Below, one piece after another: positions 46,212-53,875 of a stretch of 64,000 bases of DNA (position 1 is the first letter of the stretch; each line of letters begins with the position of its first letter). Location: assembly GCA_020724265.1 (NCBI GenBank), contig DYHH01000001.1:4674-68673 (forward strand). Direction: 5' to 3'. The notes under the pieces are model-generated. The model had not been told where the DNA came from. It saw nothing but the letters and a program-made list of their open reading frames with translations, and did no database searches. The position numbers and the translations under genes were made by a program. The stretch comes from Melioribacter roseus. Its GTDB lineage: Bacteria; Bacteroidota; Ignavibacteria; Ignavibacteriales; Melioribacteraceae.

Positions 46212-47714
46212 TTATGATTCGTCTACGTCTTTAACTTTTGTAACTAATGCAGCCGCAATAAATAACGAAATTCCACCAAGTACAAGTGCATAAATTGCAT
46301 GACCGGCAAATATTGTTCTAACAAAAAATCCTAAAATTGCTGCTGCAGTTATCTGCGGTATAACAATAAAGAAGTTGAAGATACCCATATAAACACCCAT
46401 CTTCTTTGCCGGTAGCGAGCCGGTTAGAATTGCATAAGGCATTGCAAGAATTGAAGCCCATGCTAATCCTATTCCTAATTCCGATAATATAAGTAGATCA
46501 GGATTTTTAATAAAATAAAACGAAGATAGACCAATACCACCGCAAATTAAACTAATTGCATGTACGGATTTACGAGTCATCTTTTTAGCAAGCCACATTA
46601 TAAAGAATGCCATAATAGCTGCAAATCCGTTATAAACTGCCATCAACACTCCAACCCAATCCGCACCTTGATTATAAGCAAAAGAAGTTGGGTCTGTTGT
46701 ATTATAGATATGTCGTGTTACTGCCGGAGTTGTATAAATCCACATCGCAAATAAAGCAAACCATGAAAAGAATTGAACATAAGCAAGTTGTATCATTGTT
46801 TTCGGCATGTGATACAAATCGTTCAATATTACAACCAGACCGTTTTCTTTTTTATTATTCTTTGTTAAAAATCCGCTTATAATTTGAATCAACCCGAATA
46901 TTGCCCCGCCGCCGAAGAATACAAGAAGACCATAATCCATATAAATAAAAAAATCAAAAACAATAAAAAGTAAAGCAGAAATAACAAACCATATAATTCC
47001 GTTTTTAATTTGTTTGCCGTGATATACAATTTCGGAATGCTCGACTGCATCGGGTGATTTCTCTTCATATTTTTCAAACTCTGCAAGTTGTTCGGGTGAA
47101 TATTCTTTAGAACTAATTACAGTCCATAAAACAGATAAAAAGAATACACCGCCACCTATATAAAAAGCAAATTTTACAGAATCCGGAATTTCACCTGAAG
47201 GTGCTGTATTACTTATTCCAAACCAATTTGTCATCATGTAGGGGAGTGCAGAAGCAACAACTGCACCTGTTCCGATAAAGAAACTTTGCATAGAAAAACC
47301 GATTGTTCTTTGCTCGGGAGGAAGCATATCTCCTACAAACGCACGGAATGGTTCCATAGATATATTTATTGATGCATCCATTATCCATAACATTCCGGCT
47401 GCTACCCAAAGTACTGGTGAGTTCGGCATAATAAATAATGCAATAGATGCTAAAATTGCTCCGATAAGAAAGAATGGTCGTCTTCTACCTAATCGGTTCC
47501 AGGTTCTGTCACTCATGTGACCTATAATCGGTTGAACAATTAAACCTGTTACCGGGGCTGCAATCCATAATATAGGAATTGCGTCAATGCTCGCACCAAG
47601 TGTTTCAAATATTCTTGATACATTTGCATTTTGAAGCGCAAACCCGAATTGAATTCCTAAAAAACCGAAACTCATATTCCAGATTTGCCAAAAACCAAGG
47701 TGAGGCTTTTTCAT
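46212..47714 (-). CDS. MFS transporter, GPH/SLC45-like (paralogue of 43211..44692)
   Basis: 12 TM helices. Loop motif HMSDRTWNRLGRRRPFFLIG. A central cytoplasmic loop of about 60 aa. Confidence 0.8.
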   Translation of the reverse strand: MKKPHLGFWQIWNMSFGFLGIQFGFALQNANVSRIFETLGASIDAIPILWIAAPVTGLIVQPIIGHMSDRTWNRLGRRRPFFLIGAILASIALFIMPNSPVLWVAAGMLWIMDASINISMEPFRAFVGDMLPPEQRTIGFSMQSFFIGTGAVVASALPYMMTNWFGISNTAPSGEIPDSVKFAFYIGGGVFFLSVLWTVISSKEYSPEQLAEFEKYEEKSPDAVEHSEIVYHGKQIKNGIIWFVISALLFIVFDFFIYMDYGLLVFFGGGAIFGLIQIISGFLTKNNKKENGLVVILNDLYHMPKTMIQLAYVQFFSWFALFAMWIYTTPAVTRHIYNTTDPTSFAYNQGADWVGVLMAVYNGFAAIMAFFIMWLAKKMTRKSVHAISLICGGIGLSSFYFIKNPDLLILSELGIGLAWASILAMPYAILTGSLPAKKMGVYMGIFNFFIVIPQITAAAILGFFVRTIFAGHAIYALVLGGISLFIAAALVTKVKDVDES

Positions 47715-47813
47715 TTTAGTTCCGTAAGTAAGCTTTCGAATGCGTCAAAATTACCTAAAATTTAATAAATGCCCAATATTCTGTAAATTTGTTTTTTTAA
47801 TACTCACTCAACA

Positions 47814-49739
47814 ATGAAATTAATAGAAATAGTAAAATATATTTCGGAAAATCCGGGCTCTGCATTTTTCTATACTCCACCGATTTATGAATCATCTAAT
47901 TGTTACTACTTTAAAAAATCCGATACCTCAATAAAAATTTTCACTGTTAATGAAATTGAAAAGCAATTAAGTGAGATTGATGATTTACTGTCACAAGGAT
48001 TAACTGCATTCGGTTTTATTGAATATGAATTTGGTTACTTCCTGGAAGATCGTTTGCAAAAAAAAATCAATCTAACAAATAAACCGCTGCTTAATTTCTT
48101 TTTTTTCGAAGAAAGTTCAATACAAAAAATTGACAGCAATGAATTAAACTATGAACATTGTTCAAGTTTTATAGGAAAGAATACAATAAATGATTTTAAA
48201 CTTGATACTACAAAAGAAGAGTATTTAGAAAATGTGATCAAAATAAAAAAGTACATTCAAGAAGGAGATACATATCAAGTTAATTATACGGTGAAGTCGA
48301 AATTCAAAGTAACAAGTTCAGTTGTCGAATTATTTTTACAACTTATATTTACTCAATCGGCAAAATATGCCGCGATTATTAATTTGGGTGAAAAAATAAT
48401 TATTTCTTCCTCACCGGAATTGTTTTTTGAAGTCGATAACGATTCGATTATTGTTAAACCGATGAAAGGGACGATAAGACGAGGAGTAAATCTTAAACAA
48501 GATTCGCAACATATTGAAAAACTTTTTTTTAGTGAAAAAGATCGTGCAGAGAATATCATGATTGTTGATTTGCTGAGAAATGATATCGGTAAAATATGTG
48601 AATACGATAGTGTGGAAGTAATAAATAAATATCATATTGAAAAGTATGAATCGGTGTATCAACTTACTTCAGAAATAAAAGGGAAATTGAAGACTAATAT
48701 GCTTTCCGATATAATTAAAAACTTATTCCCGAGCGGGTCTATAACCGGTGCACCAAAACTTCGTACAATGGAAATAATCCACGAATTGGAAAAAGTACAA
48801 CGCGGAATCTATACCGGTTTGATAGGAATATTTAACAAACAAAGATCAATAGCAAATGTAGCAATAAGAACTATTGAAATTGATAATCAATCAAATTCCG
48901 GTCAACTTGGTATTGGGAGCGGGATTGTATGGGACAGTCAACCCGAAAATGAATTTGAAGAGGTTTTGCTCAAATCAAAATTTTTAACAGAACCGGCAAA
49001 ATATTTTGAATTGCTTGAGACAATGTTATATGAAAATGGCGAAATATTTCTACTTGACTATCATCTAAAACGAATTAACGAAGCCTCAAATTACTTCCTA
49101 TTTTTATTTGATGAATCGGTATTAAAAAATGAACTATTTAATTCGATTGAGAGTTTAGATAAAAGTGCGAGTTATAAAATCAGATTAACTCTTTCAAAAT
49201 GGGGCTCAATTAATTTAAGAATAGAAGAAATCCAAAAAGAAACCGGCAATATCGATATAATTATTTCAGATGAGAAAATTAATTCTAAAGATAAATATCA
49301 ATACTTCAAAACAACAAATCGCGAATTGTATGACGCTGAGTTAAGTAAAGCCAAGGATAAAGGATTTTTTGAAGTAGTGTTCTTCAATCAAAACCAGTAT
49401 CTTGCAGAGGGTGCAGTTACCAATATTTTTGTCGAAAATAATAATACTTTTTACACGCCGAAAATTGAAGAAGGAATTTTAAACGGATGTTTTAGGCAAT
49501 ATGTTTTGGATAATTTTAATAGAAAAACAGAGCTAAAAAATAATTTTACTCAAGCGAATAATGGATCGTATATTTTGAATAAAATTCATCAAAAAGATTT
49601 CCCGGTTGAAGAAAAAGAGATAACATTCGAAGAACTAATTAATTCGGAAAGAATTATATTGGTTAATTCAGTTCGCAAAGATTTACTAGTTAACAAAGTC
49701 TTTGATTCTAAAGGTAATTTGATAAGAAAATTTAACTAA
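47814..49739 (+). CDS. pabBC: Fused aminodeoxychorismate synthase component I / aminodeoxychorismate lyase (PabB-PabC)
   Basis: The N-terminal ~400 aa carry chorismate-binding motifs: SSPELFF, KPMKGTIRRG, DRAENIMIVDLLRNDIG, SGSITGAPK, GIYTG, AIRT, GSGIVWDS. The C-terminal ~240 aa are class-IV aminotransferase-like (FFEVVFFNQNQYLAEGAVTNIFV...TP....GILNG..R). Confidence 0.8.
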   Translation: MKLIEIVKYISENPGSAFFYTPPIYESSNCYYFKKSDTSIKIFTVNEIEKQLSEIDDLLSQGLTAFGFIEYEFGYFLEDRLQKKINLTNKPLLNFFFFEESSIQKIDSNELNYEHCSSFIGKNTINDFKLDTTKEEYLENVIKIKKYIQEGDTYQVNYTVKSKFKVTSSVVELFLQLIFTQSAKYAAIINLGEKIIISSSPELFFEVDNDSIIVKPMKGTIRRGVNLKQDSQHIEKLFFSEKDRAENIMIVDLLRNDIGKICEYDSVEVINKYHIEKYESVYQLTSEIKGKLKTNMLSDIIKNLFPSGSITGAPKLRTMEIIHELEKVQRGIYTGLIGIFNKQRSIANVAIRTIEIDNQSNSGQLGIGSGIVWDSQPENEFEEVLLKSKFLTEPAKYFELLETMLYENGEIFLLDYHLKRINEASNYFLFLFDESVLKNELFNSIESLDKSASYKIRLTLSKWGSINLRIEEIQKETGNIDIIISDEKINSKDKYQYFKTTNRELYDAELSKAKDKGFFEVVFFNQNQYLAEGAVTNIFVENNNTFYTPKIEEGILNGCFRQYVLDNFNRKTELKNNFTQANNGSYILNKIHQKDFPVEEKEITFEELINSERIILVNSVRKDLLVNKVFDSKGNLIRKFN

Positions 49740-49742
49740 TTA

Positions 49743-50786
49743 ATGAGTTCTCAAAGCGACGAAACTATAAAACGGAAGAAAGACCACATCGAAATTTGTC
49801 TCAGTGAAGATGTTGGTTTTTCATCTATTACAACCGGTTTTGAGAATTATTATTTTGAGCATAACGCAATTACCGAAGTTGATTTTAACAAAGTTGACCT
49901 CACAACAAAATTCCTTAAGAAAAAAATTAATTATCCCTTTCTTATTTCTTGTATGACAGGCGGTACATCCGAAGCTGAAAAAATAAATGAACATCTGGCA
50001 ATAGCTGCTAAAGAGCTTAACATTCCAATTGGTGTCGGTAGTCAGAGACAAGCATTGGAAAACGATAAGTACATTTCGTCTTATAAAGTAATTAGAAAAA
50101 ATGCCGGAGATGTACCGGTACTATCAAATATTGGTGCTGCTCAAGTATCTCAAATAAAAAGTGTTGAACAATACCGCAGAATAGTCGAATTAGTTAATGC
50201 ATCAGCACTTGTAATTCATGTTAATCCGTTACAAGAAATGATACAAACAAGCGGAGAACCGAATTTTAAGGGATTACTTAAGAATATTGAAAGATTGGTT
50301 CAAAGAATAGGCATTCCGATTATTGTCAAAGAGGTTGGTTCAGGAATCAGTAAATCTGCAGCAAAAAAAATACTTGATACCGGCGTTTACGGAATAGATG
50401 TTGCCGGTGCGGGCGGCACAAGCTGGGCACAAGTTGAGTTAAAAAGAAATAAAGAAGAAAATGAATATTTCAGAAATTGGGGATTGCCGACTTCCTATTG
50501 TATCCGGCAAATAAAAACATTGAAAAGTAAATACAAATTTTCGTTAATTGCTTCGGGTGGAATTTCAAATGGAATAGACATAGCTAAATCAATCGCGCTT
50601 GGCGCTGATCTCGCAGCTTCCGCAAGACCATTACTAAAAATTGTAATGAACAATGGAGTTGACGGAATTGTAAATGAAATTTCATCCTGGTTTGATGACG
50701 TAAAAAAAATAATGTATTTAACCGGCAGCAAAAACATAAAAGAATTAAGTAAACAAAAACTTATTAATAGAACAGAACTTTATTGA
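49743..50786 (+). CDS. fni: Type 2 isopentenyl-diphosphate delta-isomerase (FMN-dependent)
   Basis: RKKDHIEICL, ISCMTGG, GVGSQR, IIVKEVGSGIS, DVAGAGGTSWA and ASGGI are IDI-2 hallmark motifs. Confidence 0.9.
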   Translation: MSSQSDETIKRKKDHIEICLSEDVGFSSITTGFENYYFEHNAITEVDFNKVDLTTKFLKKKINYPFLISCMTGGTSEAEKINEHLAIAAKELNIPIGVGSQRQALENDKYISSYKVIRKNAGDVPVLSNIGAAQVSQIKSVEQYRRIVELVNASALVIHVNPLQEMIQTSGEPNFKGLLKNIERLVQRIGIPIIVKEVGSGISKSAAKKILDTGVYGIDVAGAGGTSWAQVELKRNKEENEYFRNWGLPTSYCIRQIKTLKSKYKFSLIASGGISNGIDIAKSIALGADLAASARPLLKIVMNNGVDGIVNEISSWFDDVKKIMYLTGSKNIKELSKQKLINRTELY

Positions 50787-51781
50787 TGGAAATTATGAAC
50801 GAACAGCAAATTGAAAAATTTTATCGTAGTGAAGTATCAATAATTGAGAAAAAATTAAGAACCGCATTTATTAATTCGGAACCGAAGTCACTTTATGACC
50901 CATGTGCTTATGCTTTAGAATCAGGTGGTAAAAGACTACGTCCGTTTCTGGTGATAATATCTGCTAAAGCTGTCGGCGGTAAAACTAAAAATGTTTACAA
51001 CGCTGCACTTGCAGTTGAAATTCTTCACAACTTTACTTTAATTCATGACGATATTATGGATAACGCCGATAAGAGACGCGGCAGAGCAAGTCTTCACAAA
51101 GTTTATGATGCAAACACGGCTATTCTTGCCGGTGATAATTTAATGGCTGTTTCTTATAAATATCTGACAAAGGATTGTAAAAAAAATGTACCCGAAATTG
51201 TTGATCATTTTACGCAGGGAATTATTGAAATTTGTGAAGGACAAAGTTACGATAAAGATTTTGAATTGAAGAAAAATGTTACAATTGAAGAATATCTTAC
51301 AATGATCGAAAAGAAAACAGCGGCACTTGCCGAAATGTGTTGTTGTATCGGAGCTAAAATCGTCGGAGGTTCGAAATCAGAAGTTAATAACATGGCAGAG
51401 TACGGTAGAAATCTTGGTATGGCTTTTCAATTGCAAGATGATTTACTCGATATTTTTGGAGATGAAAAAGAATTCGGTAAGAAAGTAGGCGGTGATCTTA
51501 TTGAAGGAAAGAAAACATATCTTTTTCTTAAAGCATTAGAAAAAGCAATAGGTGAAGATAAAAAGCTGCTTCAAAAAGTAATTAAAAACAAAGGAATCAG
51601 ACCGAATGAAGTTAATAAGTACAAATCCCTTTATTCGAGATTGAATGTTTTTGAAGAAACTAAAAAAGAAATTAGAAAATATTCTAAAAATGCATTAAAA
51701 TGCGTAAGTAAAGTTAAAGATTCAGAATCAAAAGATATTCTTAGTTGGCTTACCCATAAATTGGTCGATAGAATTAATTGA
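50786..51781 (+). CDS. Polyprenyl diphosphate synthase (FPP/GGPP synthase family)
   Basis: First Asp-rich motif LIHDDIMDNADKRRG, second Asp-rich motif FQLQDDLLD, and KRLRP. The ATG at 50786 overlaps the fni stop (TGATG); an in-frame TTG lies at 50783. Confidence 0.9.
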   Translation: MEIMNEQQIEKFYRSEVSIIEKKLRTAFINSEPKSLYDPCAYALESGGKRLRPFLVIISAKAVGGKTKNVYNAALAVEILHNFTLIHDDIMDNADKRRGRASLHKVYDANTAILAGDNLMAVSYKYLTKDCKKNVPEIVDHFTQGIIEICEGQSYDKDFELKKNVTIEEYLTMIEKKTAALAEMCCCIGAKIVGGSKSEVNNMAEYGRNLGMAFQLQDDLLDIFGDEKEFGKKVGGDLIEGKKTYLFLKALEKAIGEDKKLLQKVIKNKGIRPNEVNKYKSLYSRLNVFEETKKEIRKYSKNALKCVSKVKDSESKDILSWLTHKLVDRIN

Positions 51782-52047
51782 TGATAGAAAGAGAAGTTAA
51801 AATAATTAATAATGCCGGTCTTCATACAAGACCCGCTGCAACAATTGTAAAACTTGCTGCACAATATAAATCTGAGTTTTTTATTCATAAAGACGGACTG
51901 AATATTAACGGTAAAAGCATTATCGGGGTTATGACGCTTGCAGCCGAAAAAGGATCAACTCTTAAACTAACTTTTGACGGTCCGGATGAAGAAGAAGCTG
52001 CAAATGAAATAATTGCTTATTTTGAAAGAGGATTTGACGAGCTTTAA
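51781..52047 (+). CDS. ptsH: Phosphocarrier protein HPr
   Basis: Starting from the ATG at 51781 places His15 (GLHTRPA) and Ser46 (GKSIIGVM) at their canonical positions. The start overlaps the upstream stop (TGATG). Confidence 0.88.
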   Translation: MIEREVKIINNAGLHTRPAATIVKLAAQYKSEFFIHKDGLNINGKSIIGVMTLAAEKGSTLKLTFDGPDEEEAANEIIAYFERGFDEL

Positions 52048-52048
52048 T

Positions 52049-53806
52049 ATGCCGAACAAACAATCAAATGTTTACAAAGGATTAGCTGCCGCACCGGGTA
52101 TTTCAATTGCCCAAGCATACCTTTTTAAAAAGGAGATTGAATTTATTAGCTCGGCAAATATTGAAGATGTTGATGAAGCTTTGCGTATTCTTGATGAAGC
52201 ACTCGAAAAATCAAAAAAAGAGTTAAACAAAGTTTTCAGTTTAGCGATTGATAAATTGGGCGAAAAACGTGCTGCAATTTTCGAAGCACAAATTATGATT
52301 CTTGACGATCCTATTCTTATCGATACAATCAAAAATAGAATTAAGACGGAAAAGAAAACTTCTGAGTTTATTGTAAATGATGAAATATCGAAGTATCAAT
52401 CGATGATGGATACCGTGAACGAACCTTACATGAAAGAACGTTCACAAGATATTGAAGATATAAAGCTTAGAATAGTTCGAAACATTAAAAAGAAAAAATG
52501 GCAATCACACATCACTGATGAAGTTATTGTTGTTACAGACAATTTAACTCCGGCAGATACAGTTCTATTTTCAAGAGCCAATATAAAAGGGTATGTAACT
52601 AACTTCGGCGGCTTAACTTCACATGCGGCTATTATTGCTCGTTCACTTCATATTCCGGCGGTTCTTGGTTTGCATGATGCAACGGCAAAAATAAATGATT
52701 CCGATTTGGTTATTGTCGACGGGTATCGCGGTGAAGTTGTTATTAGACCTACCGAGGAGCAATTAGATTATTATAGAAAACGAATTGAGAACCTTACTCA
52801 ATATGATGAAGAGCTTTCTAAATTAAAAGATCTTCCGGCAGAAACATTAGATGGAAGGGAAATATCTCTACTTGCTAATCTTGATATATCCGAAGAAGTT
52901 GATTTAATAGTAAGTAATGGAGCTAACGGAATCGGTTTAATTAGAACCGAGCAACTTTTTGAGGAGTTGGATCAATTTCCTACTGAAGAAGAACAATTTG
53001 AATGGTATACACGGATTGCTGAAGAAATATATCCCGATATCGCCATAATAAGAGTTCTTGATATTGGGGGCGATAAGATTTTACCGGTTGACGTTCAAGA
53101 AGCAAATCCGTTTTTAGGATGGCGCGGGATTAGATTTTTACTCGATAATAAACAACTCTTCAAAACTCAATTGCGCGCAATTCTAAGAGCAAGTGTACAT
53201 AAGAATATTAAAGTTATGCTTCCGATGGTTGCGTCGATTACAGAAGTCCGTCAATCAAAAGAAATATTGGAAGAATGCAAGAATGAACTTAAATACGAAA
53301 AATATAGTTTTGATAATAATATCGAACTCGGAATAATGGTTGAAATTCCCTCGGCTGCTGTTTTAGCTCACGAATTTGCAAAAGAAGTTTCTTTCTTCTC
53401 AATAGGGACAAACGATCTTATACAATATTTATTAGCTGTTGACAGAGGGAATGAAATTGTTTCCAATTTGTATCAAGAATTTCATCCGTCCGTTATAAGA
53501 ACCATCGACTTTATTATCAAAGAAGGAAAGAGACACAATGTTTTTGTAAGCATCTGCGGTGAAATGGCTTCCGATCAAATTGCAATTCCGTTATTGATTG
53601 GGTTGGGATTGGATTCGCTTAGTGTCTCGCCGGCTTTGATACCGGTTACAAAACAAATTATACGAAACATTTCCTATGAAGAAGTTCAAAAGCTTGTTGA
53701 GAAATGCTTAGCTGCAGTTACCGAACATGAAGTGAAAAATTTAGTTACTGCTTATTTTGATAAGAATATTAAAACACATTTGAAGAGTTTCTTTGTGAAT
53801 GGTTAG
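52049..53806 (+). CDS. ptsI: Phosphoenolpyruvate-protein phosphotransferase (PTS Enzyme I)
   Basis: GLAAAPGI, active-site GGLTSHAAIIARSL, GIGLIRTE, MVEIPSAA, FFSIGTNDL, CGEMA. The ATG at 52049 lies 1 nt after the ptsH stop; ORF-track start 52013 is an upstream non-ATG codon inside ptsH. Confidence 0.92.
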   Translation: MPNKQSNVYKGLAAAPGISIAQAYLFKKEIEFISSANIEDVDEALRILDEALEKSKKELNKVFSLAIDKLGEKRAAIFEAQIMILDDPILIDTIKNRIKTEKKTSEFIVNDEISKYQSMMDTVNEPYMKERSQDIEDIKLRIVRNIKKKKWQSHITDEVIVVTDNLTPADTVLFSRANIKGYVTNFGGLTSHAAIIARSLHIPAVLGLHDATAKINDSDLVIVDGYRGEVVIRPTEEQLDYYRKRIENLTQYDEELSKLKDLPAETLDGREISLLANLDISEEVDLIVSNGANGIGLIRTEQLFEELDQFPTEEEQFEWYTRIAEEIYPDIAIIRVLDIGGDKILPVDVQEANPFLGWRGIRFLLDNKQLFKTQLRAILRASVHKNIKVMLPMVASITEVRQSKEILEECKNELKYEKYSFDNNIELGIMVEIPSAAVLAHEFAKEVSFFSIGTNDLIQYLLAVDRGNEIVSNLYQEFHPSVIRTIDFIIKEGKRHNVFVSICGEMASDQIAIPLLIGLGLDSLSVSPALIPVTKQIIRNISYEEVQKLVEKCLAAVTEHEVKNLVTAYFDKNIKTHLKSFFVNG

Positions 53807-53875
53807 GCAACGATTTTTACATTGAAGCAGAATCTTTAATTAGTATCTTGAGAAAAAAAATAATCGTTAACTGTT

